From: a virus
Taxonomy: Duplodnaviria > Caudoviricetes
Direction: 5' to 3' (one strand)
Length of the DNA: 55,131 bases
Virus record (IMG/VR): IMGVR_UViG_3300046028_005522
Location: 1 to 55,131 of that record
How positions within the stretch are numbered: position 1 is the stretch's first letter; every line of letters begins with the position of its first letter. This document shows, piece by piece, positions 38,155-48,016 of the stretch. A program made the translations under genes and the position numbers. A model generated the notes under the pieces. It had not been told where the DNA came from. It worked only from the letters and a program-made list of their open reading frames with translations, and ran no database searches.

Positions 38155-39151
38155 TTAGAATCCGCCAGGCAGTGCCGTCACGCATTTCTACTTCAGTAAA
38201 CTGGCAATAGGCAATATGTCTTGCCCAGGCTGCAACTTCGTCCAGTGTGGGTATTTTTGGATTTTCAATTTCTGATAATGATTGACTGCATAATGCAGCG
38301 GCTGCATTAGGTCCTAGTGTGATGGCTGGTTTGCCCAGCAACAACGCCTCGCCTGCTGCAATGCTGGAAAATGTGACCAAACAATGCACATCTTGTGCTA
38401 GAGCCATTTCCATGGTATCGTCATTTACCCTAGTTGATCGTCCTTGCTTGAGACGAACCACGATTGGACGATCAGTATGTTTTTTTATTTCATCTTGTGT
38501 TTGTTGCAACCATTCTTCAAGATTGATATCATATAGGTTTAAAAGTTTTTGACTGGGCGGTGCCAACAAGACGTTGGTTCCTGGTCTAAATTTTGTTAGG
38601 CCGACTCCGGTGCGTGCCAATCTGTCACCAGGTCTATCTATAATAGGACCAAAATTTTGCACATCGTTTTTGGTAATCCTGTGATACAGTTTGCGTTTGC
38701 CGTTGCCAAAGTATCCTGTATCCATGTAATAAAAATCTCTACCTGCGGTGCGGCACCCTTCCATTTGTTTGCGCTTGGTAATACCACGCAACACTGCCGG
38801 AGTCTTGTTGTTTTGTTCTTTTTCCCAGGTTGAAATTTGTCCACCTGTGCCTTGGACAAAACTTTGCAATAGTGGATCGTACATGTGACCTTTTCTTTCG
38901 TATCTGTATTCACTATCCAGTGCCACAATCTGATTGACTGGTACAGCCGCCAATTGTTGTTGCAACTTTTCTAGAGTAATACCATAATACACACCCTCGG
39001 GGTCCACACGATATTTCAATATGTTTTTAAATATTTCTTGAATCTCAGGGACTGTTTGATCTAACACATGTGGATCAGACAGCGGTGGCAGAATATATGT
39101 TGATTCGTCTTCTTGTTCCCAATCTGTCATTCTGGCAACCTTTGTTGACAA
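38144..39151 (-). CDS. KpsS/KpsC-like GT-B protein
   Basis: YMDTGYFG, RPIVVR, FSSIAAGEALLLGKP, IAYCQF; closest paralog of 33949-34764. Confidence 0.6.
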   Translation of the reverse strand: MSTKVARMTDWEQEDESTYILPPLSDPHVLDQTVPEIQEIFKNILKYRVDPEGVYYGITLEKLQQQLAAVPVNQIVALDSEYRYERKGHMYDPLLQSFVQGTGGQISTWEKEQNNKTPAVLRGITKRKQMEGCRTAGRDFYYMDTGYFGNGKRKLYHRITKNDVQNFGPIIDRPGDRLARTGVGLTKFRPGTNVLLAPPSQKLLNLYDINLEEWLQQTQDEIKKHTDRPIVVRLKQGRSTRVNDDTMEMALAQDVHCLVTFSSIAAGEALLLGKPAITLGPNAAAALCSQSLSEIENPKIPTLDEVAAWARHIAYCQFTEVEMRDGTAWRILNDH

Positions 39152-39813
39152 TAATCAGTGAGCATGCGTTCTCGATGCCACTCGTTGCCTTGTGGCGTAT
39201 CAGCAAACTCGTGAAAGCATGGAGTGCCCAAGGTATAATGCAAGAGCTTGGCGTCGGGGTTTGGCCCGTATTCATCGGGCAACCAATTCCATTCTGGTGG
39301 TAGTTCACCAATGCGTTCATCAAGTAACCATGAAAAGCGATGTAGTTCAGCGCCCGTAGCTTTTTGCACAAATTCAGATGTGAGTTTTCTATTGGGATGA
39401 CTGTTACAATTCCACAGTATCACACTTGACCAGTTCTTGCGTGGATAATCTTCGTTCTTGGCGCCAAGATACTTTTCGGTCATACGTGTTTTGTAATCGT
39501 GCTTGACTACCATAACATCCTTGTAAGAATCTCGCAGTTCCCAAAGTTCCGCAATATCTCCGCGTACAATCATGTCGCCGTCAATGAATATTGCCCAGCC
39601 TTCGTATTGCATGAGATGTGGCACAAGGAATCGTGTGTAGATAAAGTGATTGCTGCCGTCTGTGTGTGTTTCACTATAGTCTCGAAACAAGTTCAGTGCC
39701 ACTGGCACAATGGCCACTGGTTGGCTGCTGTTGCGAATGATTGAATTTACACAGGTATGATATGCAATGGCCTCGCGTGGATCATATCCTACAAAAATTG
39801 GAATTGGTTTCAT
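39127..39813 (-). CDS. GT-A nucleotide-diphospho-sugar transferase
   Basis: FVGYDPRE, FIYTRFLVP, FIDGD, PRKNWSS, LHYTLG. Confidence 0.85.
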   Translation of the reverse strand: MKPIPIFVGYDPREAIAYHTCVNSIIRNSSQPVAIVPVALNLFRDYSETHTDGSNHFIYTRFLVPHLMQYEGWAIFIDGDMIVRGDIAELWELRDSYKDVMVVKHDYKTRMTEKYLGAKNEDYPRKNWSSVILWNCNSHPNRKLTSEFVQKATGAELHRFSWLLDERIGELPPEWNWLPDEYGPNPDAKLLHYTLGTPCFHEFADTPQGNEWHRERMLTDYCQQRLPE

Positions 39814-40571
39814 TTGCGTTCAATGTCCTCTTCCACACAATCTTCACCAAACTGTATTTCAATTAGTTTGAGTGGGCGATCTGTTTCGTTACACAGTTGG
39901 TGCCATTCATTGCGATTGATCCAAGTAGATTCATGCACAGTCAGGTGATCTTTGACATCTCGGTCTGTGCTGGAATCTAATGTGTACACAGTGGCTTCAC
40001 CTTCGGCCACAAACCAAAACTCTGATCGTTTGTCATGTCGTTGCATGCTTAGACAGGTCTTAGGGGCAACAGTAAGTTCTTTAAGTTTGGTGTTGGTGCC
40101 AACTTCGTGTAGCACACGATAGTACCCCCAGGCACGTGATGTCTTGGGCTTTTTCCACTCTTCGAGAATCCATGAACTGCTATTCTTTTTGTCTTCGCCA
40201 CCTATGCCAAACACAAATTCTAAATTGGCATCTACCACATCCATTTCGGGAATGTTTTTGTTAGTACGATCACCACCATTGGCAAATACCAACGTTGCGT
40301 CAGGGTAGTGTGCTCGAACTTGTTTAATAAATTCTTTAGCCGAGTCATCAGCATCGTCAAATGTGTACACTTCGTCTACCATGGCAAGATTGTTTATAAC
40401 ACACAATCGTTCTGTCCATGGCATGAATGGCCGACCTTTTTTGCGTGTGAGCCATTCGTCTGAATTAAGCCCCACAATCAGCATGTCGCCCAAGGTGCGG
40501 GCTGCTTTAAAATAAGCAATGTGTCCAGAGTGTAGCGGATCAAAGCCGCCGGTTACAAGTACAATTTTCAT
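39810..40571 (-). CDS. Cytidylyltransferase (HIGH family) fused to mannose-6-P isomerase type II-like cupin
   Basis: TGGFDPLHSGH, NSDEWL, NGGDR; RAWGYY, LSMQRH, RSEFW, IEIQFG, EDIER. Start MKIVLV 5 nt after TAAATA. Confidence 0.88.
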   Translation of the reverse strand: MKIVLVTGGFDPLHSGHIAYFKAARTLGDMLIVGLNSDEWLTRKKGRPFMPWTERLCVINNLAMVDEVYTFDDADDSAKEFIKQVRAHYPDATLVFANGGDRTNKNIPEMDVVDANLEFVFGIGGEDKKNSSSWILEEWKKPKTSRAWGYYRVLHEVGTNTKLKELTVAPKTCLSMQRHDKRSEFWFVAEGEATVYTLDSSTDRDVKDHLTVHESTWINRNEWHQLCNETDRPLKLIEIQFGEDCVEEDIERK

Positions 40572-40579
40572 GCAGGTAT

Positions 40580-41032
40580 TTACACCTGGATGTCTTCCAT
40601 GCCAGCAGTTCTTAGCCGTACAACATGCCCCATTTGCCACTGTTTGGTATCCAGGCCCTTCATGATACCCAGCCAACGATTACGTAGGTATGCTACTTCG
40701 TTGATTATGGTTTCATAATCAATCACTTCATCTTCGCCATCTACATACTTTTCAGCATCACGTGACGTAAGCGCACGAGCATAGCCTTCCAGATACTTTT
40801 GGAAGTGCTTTCTGCGGATCTTACGCAGTTGGATATTGAGAAAGTTCAACACAGCTTCAATTTCTTGAAGCTGGTTGTATCTAAACTCAGTAATGCCAGG
40901 AAGTGCTGTGATGTTTTTTTCAACAATTCCAGCAATGCGGCAGTCTTTTTTAGCGTCAGTTATTTCACGCTCGTAGTGTGCTATAAAATCTGGAATAGCA
41001 TCAAGATTAGCAACTACTCGACTATACCACAT
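40580..41032 (-). CDS. uvsY: Recombination mediator UvsY
   Basis: YARALTSRDAEKYVDGE...KGLDTKQWQ...LRTAG; near uvsX. Confidence 0.85.
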   Translation of the reverse strand: MWYSRVVANLDAIPDFIAHYEREITDAKKDCRIAGIVEKNITALPGITEFRYNQLQEIEAVLNFLNIQLRKIRRKHFQKYLEGYARALTSRDAEKYVDGEDEVIDYETIINEVAYLRNRWLGIMKGLDTKQWQMGHVVRLRTAGMEDIQV

Positions 41033-41298
41033 TAATTTTCCCAGTCGTCTTCGTTGGGGTCCTCTTCTTCAGGATCTTCGTCTTCTTCGTCTTCTGAGTA
41101 GTCTTTGTCGTTATCAAGATATGCTGTAAGTGCTCGTTTGATATCTGTATCGCCTTTGAAAGCGTTACGGATGTCTTCCACATCACTATCATTATCCATT
41201 AGAATCTGAACCACAGTTTCTGCTGCTTCATTGCGGTCAACTGTGTTTACATATCGCTTGAGCTCACTCCAAATTTCTGCTGCCACATGTTCACTCAT
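41032..41298 (-). CDS. Hypothetical protein with acidic tail
   Basis: Coupled between uvsX and uvsY. Confidence 0.75.
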   Translation of the reverse strand: MSEHVAAEIWSELKRYVNTVDRNEAAETVVQILMDNDSDVEDIRNAFKGDTDIKRALTAYLDNDKDYSEDEEDEDPEEEDPNEDDWEN

Positions 41299-42350
41299 TC
41301 TGCTTCCTCCTCGCCGGTACTTACCTCTTCCTTAATGTTTCCGAAGTCTTTCATCACAGTATCAAGACAATTGTCATCGTTGCGTTCCCATCCTTTGCGG
41401 AACTTCTTGATGATTTCACCTTGGCTTGTGGTGAACACCAGGCTGTTGCCTTCTTTCTTGAGCAGGCCTTTTTTCTCAATCAAGTCAGTAAGACCTGAGT
41501 ATGGGCTCATACCTGTTGTGTAAGGAATCTTAACTTGCACACCTTCAAAAGGTTTGGCATAGCGTGTTTTCATTACTTTGCAACCAGCACGGATGCCCAT
41601 GACATCAGTAATCTTGTTGCCGTCCTCGTCCTCTTTCAGTTTCATCTTCTTCATGGCCACAACAATTGATGAGGCGTAAATGAAACCTTGACCGCCGCTA
41701 ATTTTATCGTCTGGGTCAAACATATCCTGGCTTGCGTATGTGTGATTGGTACATACCAATCCCACGTTGTAACTACCAAACATGTTCACACAGTTACGCA
41801 CCAAGGCGGTGAGAGCTTTGGGTTTACGTCCTAGATCACCCTTCATTTCGCCTGCATCAAACTGGTTCACATCAGTGGGCGTCAACAACATGCCCAAGGA
41901 GTCAATCACAAACATGACCTTGGGACGCTCGCCATCTGGCAGGGCCTTGTAGTCACTCATGAATGTGGAGATAGTTTTAGCCACATCATCAATCATGGCC
42001 ATACTCAACTTGAGTAATTTGCTATCACTAGTGTCAACACCAAGTGCTTTGAGCCAATCTTCATCCAGTGCGTTTTCTGAATCAATCAACACCACAAAGA
42101 TACCTTGCTCTTGTGCGTTCTTCACAATGTTGCCTGAACAAATATAACTCTTACCTGCACCCGAGTCACCAGCAAACACAGTTACCTTGCCCAGCGGAAT
42201 GCCACGGTTAAAGTCTCCTGAGATTAGGTAGTTTAGTGCGTAGTTGCCTGTTGAGATCCAGTCTGTTGGATCATTAAAACCAATCGATAGGCCGTCGATT
42301 GATTTGGTAATTTCCTTACGAAACTTACTTACATCAAATGGTTTTCCCAT
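41295..42350 (-). CDS. uvsX: RecA-like recombinase UvsX
   Basis: GDSGAGKS, IDSENA, VIDSLG, TNHTY, SGG. Confidence 0.93.
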   Translation of the reverse strand: MGKPFDVSKFRKEITKSIDGLSIGFNDPTDWISTGNYALNYLISGDFNRGIPLGKVTVFAGDSGAGKSYICSGNIVKNAQEQGIFVVLIDSENALDEDWLKALGVDTSDSKLLKLSMAMIDDVAKTISTFMSDYKALPDGERPKVMFVIDSLGMLLTPTDVNQFDAGEMKGDLGRKPKALTALVRNCVNMFGSYNVGLVCTNHTYASQDMFDPDDKISGGQGFIYASSIVVAMKKMKLKEDEDGNKITDVMGIRAGCKVMKTRYAKPFEGVQVKIPYTTGMSPYSGLTDLIEKKGLLKKEGNSLVFTTSQGEIIKKFRKGWERNDDNCLDTVMKDFGNIKEEVSTGEEEAE

Positions 42351-42375
42351 GTATCACCTGTTATAAAAATAGAAG

Positions 42376-42401
42376 AACACAAGAGGTTGCCCCCTTGTGT
42401 T
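42376..42401 (-). terminator. Terminator-like hairpin after gp32
   Basis: AACACAAGGGG-GCAA-CCTCTTGTGTT, 11-bp stem with GNRA loop, then CTTCTATTTTT. Confidence 0.8.
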
Positions 42402-42411
42402 GATGCAGAGA

Positions 42412-43410
42412 TTACTGCTTGTTTTGACGTGCGCGGATCATGGCCAAGATGTCTTGAGCATTGCCACTTGGCTTGGCCGCTGTGACTGGTGCGGCTGGGG
42501 CTGCGGGTTCTTCATCAAATGCATCTTCAGCAACAGGTGCTGCCGGAACGGCAACCTTCAGTGCTGGTTTGGCAGCAGGTGCTGGTGTGTCTTCAGCATC
42601 ACCGGCAGCGGCGCCACCAGGTGCAGCCACGCCAGCTGGGCGGAAGTATTGACCCCAACGTTCAGTGTCGTATGGCTGTCCATCCACTGATGCTTCAAAC
42701 ATCTCTTTAATGACCTTCAGCTCAACATCGCCAGGGCGCTTGGGCAGGAATGTGCTCAAGTCATGCAAGCTGTGAGTTTCAATTGCAGCCTGTTCAGCTT
42801 CTGTAAGTGCTGACTCTTTTCTAGCCCACTTGGAACTGTTGTAGTCAGCAAAGCCACCTTTTTGTGTCTTGGTGATACGGAAGTCCAGGCCACGCATCAA
42901 GTCAGTTGGCAATTCTTCCAACTCAGGATCCATCAACGCACCCTTGATTAGGGTGAACAACTGAGGTCCAATGATGAACTTGCGGATGGGATTGTCCGGG
43001 GTCTTGTCTTCGGAGATGGGATTCTCACGCACAAAACCTTGGAACAGGTATGAACGTTTTTTCCAGTACTTACGACCCATGTCTTCAAGGCTCTTGTCCT
43101 TGAACCAAGTACGAACTTCTGCCAGTACCGGGCAAGCGTCTCCCCACATTTCCACGCAGGGTACTTGTACGAATACTTGTTTTGATTCCATCTCTCCTTT
43201 GACGCCATTGAATGGCAGTCGGATCATTGCACGTTCGACCCAGAAAAATGTGTTTTTTGTGTTACCGTCAGGTAGGAAGCGTAGTGTGGCCGATTGACCT
43301 TCTTCCATGTTCCAGTGTGGATAAATTGCTCGATCGCCTCCACCTTGGTTTGAGTTGCCTTTTGTGTCAGCTGCCTGTAGTCTTGCTCGGATTTCTGCTA
43401 AAGATGCCAT
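42412..43410 (-). CDS. gp32: Single-stranded DNA-binding protein (T4 gp32 type)
   Basis: LRFLPD, C...CPV, YWKKRSY, GLDF, ADYNSSKW; Ala/Pro/acidic tail. Confidence 0.88.
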   Translation of the reverse strand: MASLAEIRARLQAADTKGNSNQGGGDRAIYPHWNMEEGQSATLRFLPDGNTKNTFFWVERAMIRLPFNGVKGEMESKQVFVQVPCVEMWGDACPVLAEVRTWFKDKSLEDMGRKYWKKRSYLFQGFVRENPISEDKTPDNPIRKFIIGPQLFTLIKGALMDPELEELPTDLMRGLDFRITKTQKGGFADYNSSKWARKESALTEAEQAAIETHSLHDLSTFLPKRPGDVELKVIKEMFEASVDGQPYDTERWGQYFRPAGVAAPGGAAAGDAEDTPAPAAKPALKVAVPAAPVAEDAFDEEPAAPAAPVTAAKPSGNAQDILAMIRARQNKQ

Positions 43411-43430
43411 AGTTTGTTTCTCCTAAAAAA

Positions 43431-43545
43431 GTTGCCTATGTGTTGCCTATCTAAAATTAGATCTTTGTTGCCTGTGACGCACAAACAAAAAAGCGCATAC
43501 ACCATGTAGTATATGCGCTATTTGCCTTGGTGTCAAGTGTATTTA
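43431..43545 (-). promoter_or_regulatory. gp32 leader: TAAATA box, sigma70 promoter, overlapping terminator and AGGCAAC repeats
   Basis: TAAATA 43540-45; TTGACA(43531-36)-17nt-TATACT(43508-13); AGCGCATA/TATGCGCT stem plus U-tract; AGGCAAC x3. Confidence 0.8.
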
Positions 43546-43547
43546 TG

Positions 43548-45686
43548 TCATCTGAGCAAAGCTAATGATTTTATTCTTGCCAGAAGTGCAGTATCAGATT
43601 TGCTTTCGTAGTAGGCACCAGTGATAGCACCATTGTAGTTGATTGGGTCTTGTGGTGCTTCGCCAATCACTGGTGCTACACTACCGGCTACTGTGCCCAT
43701 TTCATACATGCCACATTCGGCTAGGCCGTGTTCTGGGCAGTACTCACCTTCCATGGTTGCATTGCATGTGCCTTCTACGACTGGTGCGCTCAATTCTGGC
43801 ATGGCTTCAACTGTGGCAATTGGATCTGTTTCGGGCATGATCATACCTGAGTTGCTTTCCGTAATGCCCAAGTCGTCTGCTAGGCGTTGTGATATCCATT
43901 CATGTGGATCGCCAGTGCGAGCTTTTTTCACTCCATAAGGCATGTCATCAAAGTAGTAGTCATACAGTGCATCAAACAAGTCGTTGTCTAAATCAGCACC
44001 CTTTTCAAAGTCAGCAACTTCTCTGCCGAAACGTTGCAAGATGTGTTCTAGGGTGTGACCAGTGGAGTCTGTGAGCACACTTTCTCGAAGTGGCACGCCA
44101 GCATATTTCAACATGGCATTGAGTTCTGTGTTTTCTTCCATTCTACCTATAGCACGGCTGATACCAACTTTGCGATTGGCAATCTTAGGATCTTTTTCAA
44201 ATCTACCTGATTTTGGAAGTCCGCCGGCCACTGCATTAAATGCAACTCTAGCACCTTTCTGAAATCCAGTACCATGACTGCGATCAGCTACATCATCGAC
44301 TGCTCGGTTTACATAGTTGCTGAGTGTGCCGGGGCTCAATTCATCCAACTGATCTTCTGCCATACCTTGTTCAGGAGCAGTGCCTGGTGCTTGTTGACCA
44401 GCAGCAGGTGCCACTGGCTGTTGTTGTTCAGCATCAGGTGTGGTGTTCATCTGAATGCCAAGTTCTTGCAATCTGGCCTGCACATCAGTGTCATCCCAAC
44501 AGTTAGCACGAGGATCTTGTTCAGCCAAGTCAGCAAGAATGTCAAACAATTTATCATCGCCTATGACATCATACAGTTGTTCTTTGGCATTGGTAGCATC
44601 TGGCCCAACAATGAGTTCTTGGCTCATGAGTTCATCCAGTTTGGCTTGTGCTTCTGGTGTATCTGGCAAAGCCCAGGTGCCTTCCATGATCTGGTTTGCC
44701 CAGTTTTCAAAAATTTGTGCTTCTTTCATAGCTTTTCCTCGTTGTTGTATTTTGGCCAGTGTGGGCAATGCAGCCTCAATTCTGGCATCTAGCGTTTGTT
44801 CAATAAACATGGTCTTGAGATCTTCTACCAGGGCAGTTTCATCTCCAATGTCTGCCGGTGTCCAAGATTCAAAATATTGGTTGTATCCGCGACCTGTGGC
44901 CATGTGTTGTAGATTTCCGCGCAATTCACTATAGTAGTGCTGAACTGTTTCTACTAGTTCTTGTGTGATGCCTTCAAACACTCGCTGTTGGCTGGCTCGG
45001 TTAAACCTACTCAACACAGCCATTTCTGTCACAATCTCATTGATGTGTTGGCCACGGATGTCATAGGGTCTGCCGCCTTGTTTTACATGCTCCAACATGG
45101 CTCGGCCACCTGACAGTTTCACAAATGGCAGTTTGAATCGTTCACCATCCACAGTTTCAATAAACAAACTTTCCACATAGCGATAGCGTTTGTCATCTTC
45201 ACCAATCATTCGATTGTGTTTGATTACCAATCGAGCTTCTGTTTGCTCGCCCACATAGCTGATCTTGCGTGTGCCATAATAGCCTTCAAATAAGCCTTCT
45301 TTGATGGCTGCCATGCCTTGCATGGTATGCTTGAGTTGATTGATGTCTTTGGGACTGAATGTGCCCAAGCCATGACTGGTAGCAAATTGTGATATTTCTT
45401 CTAGGAACCCTAAATGCCGCTCGCTGCCAAGCCAATCTAGCTTGTCTTGAGGATTTTCCATTGTTTTCCCCAGATTGTCGCCAAAAAACATTTGTAGATC
45501 GCTATCGTCGCCTAGTACGATTACCACCGTGCCATAGTTTTTGCCCGAGCTGGCAACCCAATCAAATGCAAAAGTCTTGGCTTCTGCAGGTGCAGAATCC
45601 TGACCTTGTCCGTCTGTGTATTTTACTTCAAAGTTTTTAGTGGCCAACAAGTCAGCCAGATCTTGAGAAAGATTTTCAATTGCCAT
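43548..45686 (-). CDS. Large acidic putative head-associated protein
   Basis: TAAATA 7 nt upstream; many [LIVM]-x-E sites; directly downstream of terminase. Confidence 0.6.
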   Translation of the reverse strand: MAIENLSQDLADLLATKNFEVKYTDGQGQDSAPAEAKTFAFDWVASSGKNYGTVVIVLGDDSDLQMFFGDNLGKTMENPQDKLDWLGSERHLGFLEEISQFATSHGLGTFSPKDINQLKHTMQGMAAIKEGLFEGYYGTRKISYVGEQTEARLVIKHNRMIGEDDKRYRYVESLFIETVDGERFKLPFVKLSGGRAMLEHVKQGGRPYDIRGQHINEIVTEMAVLSRFNRASQQRVFEGITQELVETVQHYYSELRGNLQHMATGRGYNQYFESWTPADIGDETALVEDLKTMFIEQTLDARIEAALPTLAKIQQRGKAMKEAQIFENWANQIMEGTWALPDTPEAQAKLDELMSQELIVGPDATNAKEQLYDVIGDDKLFDILADLAEQDPRANCWDDTDVQARLQELGIQMNTTPDAEQQQPVAPAAGQQAPGTAPEQGMAEDQLDELSPGTLSNYVNRAVDDVADRSHGTGFQKGARVAFNAVAGGLPKSGRFEKDPKIANRKVGISRAIGRMEENTELNAMLKYAGVPLRESVLTDSTGHTLEHILQRFGREVADFEKGADLDNDLFDALYDYYFDDMPYGVKKARTGDPHEWISQRLADDLGITESNSGMIMPETDPIATVEAMPELSAPVVEGTCNATMEGEYCPEHGLAECGMYEMGTVAGSVAPVIGEAPQDPINYNGAITGAYYESKSDTALLARIKSLALLR

Positions 45687-45696
45687 AGTGTGTTAT

Positions 45697-47280
45697 TTAT
45701 CGCATCATTGATATGAACGGCATAGGCTCAACAATCATATCTCCGTGGTCTTTTAGGTGTGTATCTAGGTCTGCATGATAGGTTTGCAATAGTAACAGCA
45801 TACGCACAGCCAACAAACTGGCCATTACTAAGTCGTCAGTTTCACCTGGTTTTGCAGCATAACTGGTGCCCAAGGCCACAAACGTTTTTAGTTCTGATAC
45901 CAAGGGTCTTGAGTTAATTTTCATACGCCCAGACTCTATTAGGATTTTGAACTTGTTGCAAGCTGTAATTTTGCTTTTATTTGTGGTGTTAAAACCCTTG
46001 CGGAATCGGCGCCCTGTTGTGCCTGTTACAGAGTTGTCACTAAGAAAGTAGCCAGGAATGTTATCTTCGCCGTATTCTGCTATGCTGATTAAGGCGGCTT
46101 CGCCAATGGTGTTGTTTTCCACTGAGTAGTAAATGCTTTTTTCATCTTTGACTACAGCATGCAGTTCTTTCACAATATCTGCTAGAATCCGTATCTGTGT
46201 GGGAATATCAGTTTTGTTGTGGCGCCACTCGGCAATTTGATCAGTAGTTCTAGCATCAAATACCTGTATGGCAGCAGGGTCTCCACCGGTGCCTAAGCTA
46301 GGATCTAGTGCCACAACATACATGCCATCTTTTACAGGGTCTTTGTACCAACGCACCTGACCTGATCTACGAGCAGGTTCTGCACCCTCTAAGTCCATGA
46401 GCTTGATAGGATTGATCAGTGTCTCGTCGTTAATGACAAATTCGCAGTCCATTTCTCTGCGAAAACGCTCGTCGCCTAGCTGTGCCAGTTGTTCAGAACC
46501 CCATTGATCCCCGCGTTCAGGATGTTCACGCCAGTATGATCTAAATGCACGGAATCCATTAATACCCAGTTCCGTAGTGTTGCCATGTTCATCTTCTGTC
46601 TTGTTAGCACCCTTCCACAAAAACGCAAACTGATCCTCGTCTGAGTTGGGGGTGCTTGTGATAATTGCCTTACCACCAGTGGCTAATGTGGGCGAAATTG
46701 AAGTCCAAAACTCTTTGGCAATAGTAGGGCGCACAAATGCAAATTCGTCAGCGTACAACAAGGATATCGACATACCTCGGCCTGTTGTTTCTGTTGTGGT
46801 TTGACTCACAATGCGTGATCCGTTTTCAAACTCTATTGAGCCTTTGTTGTAACTGGTAGCACCTGCTCGAATGTGATTTGGGCACAGTTCATAAGCATAT
46901 CTAATACGCTGCATGATCTCTTGTGCACCGGTGTATTTGTGTGCGGCAATGAGAATGGTAGAATCTGGCACAAACATAGCATACCACAACAGGTACCCAG
47001 CAGCTGATGTTGACTTCCCTGTCTGTCGAGGCATTAAGGATATTGAATATCTGTAATTGTGATAGGTAGCAATCAGTCGCTTTTGATAGTCAAAAGGGTG
47101 ATACAACATCTTGCCGCGTGTGGGATGCTGGATAAAGAAAAAGTTATCCATAAAGTACAAAGGACCGTTCACAGGATCAGCACACAGCGCAAACTCTGTG
47201 AGTTCTTGTTCAGTGTAAGTCTCTACCCTGTGTGGTGCTTTGACCAGTACTGTTTCTAAATTACTTTTTAGACCAATCAT
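45697..47280 (-). CDS. gp17: Terminase large subunit (T4 gp17 type)
   Basis: PRQTGKST, GRG, YADEFAF, TSTPN, ALDPSLG, VENN, DDLVMA. Confidence 0.95.
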   Translation of the reverse strand: MIGLKSNLETVLVKAPHRVETYTEQELTEFALCADPVNGPLYFMDNFFFIQHPTRGKMLYHPFDYQKRLIATYHNYRYSISLMPRQTGKSTSAAGYLLWYAMFVPDSTILIAAHKYTGAQEIMQRIRYAYELCPNHIRAGATSYNKGSIEFENGSRIVSQTTTETTGRGMSISLLYADEFAFVRPTIAKEFWTSISPTLATGGKAIITSTPNSDEDQFAFLWKGANKTEDEHGNTTELGINGFRAFRSYWREHPERGDQWGSEQLAQLGDERFRREMDCEFVINDETLINPIKLMDLEGAEPARRSGQVRWYKDPVKDGMYVVALDPSLGTGGDPAAIQVFDARTTDQIAEWRHNKTDIPTQIRILADIVKELHAVVKDEKSIYYSVENNTIGEAALISIAEYGEDNIPGYFLSDNSVTGTTGRRFRKGFNTTNKSKITACNKFKILIESGRMKINSRPLVSELKTFVALGTSYAAKPGETDDLVMASLLAVRMLLLLQTYHADLDTHLKDHGDMIVEPMPFISMMR

Positions 47281-48016
47281 CTAACATCCTTTCCGCCAAG
47301 CGTTGGTGCCCGCCCGGACCACCATGCATGCGATCTCTTGCATAGCCAATTTCTTCTCTACTCATGGCCATGTGGTCAAATGCATCGTATACAAAAAATG
47401 GAATATTAACTTCAGCACACATAGCTCGAATTGCCAATTTATTTTTTTTCTGATTCAATCTAGAATTTTCATCCATGGTGTGCCAGTGCTTTAAGAAACT
47501 GTCAATTTCACTTGCACTGTTAGATTCACTTTGCGGCATGTAATTTTCAACTGGAGGCACACCTGCTGCTCTTATCAATTCAAATCTACTAGGCGGCGGG
47601 GCTAACATAAACACTACTTTGGGTTTTAACCTTGGGATCCAATATTCTGCCAGTCTAAAACAAGTATCTGCTGATGTTCCGCCCCAGGCCATAGTATACG
47701 GCACAAGTCCCAACTGCCGGCCAACTATTTGTGGCCAGGTGCTTTCAAGCGGCAATCCAATACCAATAGTAAAACTGCAACCCAGTGCTATCATGCAATC
47801 ACGGTCATCAATTTCATCACTGCGAAATCCGTAGCGGTTAAATTTGTATGTGATAGCACCTGGTTCTAACCATCCTTGCTGGCGAAAATATTCACGGTAT
47901 TCAGATACCTGGCAAAGTTTTTCAAAACTTTCTTTAGTATCAGTTGGCATAAACTCTGATGTAGTGCCGGCGTCGTTTACTCCTGGGTGCCAAGGAGGAT
48001 TTTCAAATTTTCTCAT
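47261..48016 (-). CDS. SGNH-hydrolase-like protein
   Basis: YKFNRYGFRSDE, LGCSFTIG, ARDRMHGG. Confidence 0.65.
   Translation of the reverse strand: MRKFENPPWHPGVNDAGTTSEFMPTDTKESFEKLCQVSEYREYFRQQGWLEPGAITYKFNRYGFRSDEIDDRDCMIALGCSFTIGIGLPLESTWPQIVGRQLGLVPYTMAWGGTSADTCFRLAEYWIPRLKPKVVFMLAPPPSRFELIRAAGVPPVENYMPQSESNSASEIDSFLKHWHTMDENSRLNQKKNKLAIRAMCAEVNIPFFVYDAFDHMAMSREEIGYARDRMHGGPGGHQRLAERMLDDWSKK

Noticed and set aside
45697-47280. Intein or intron in terminase, helicases or UvsX
   Set aside because: Lengths are normal, motifs are contiguous, and no splice-junction residues were seen.
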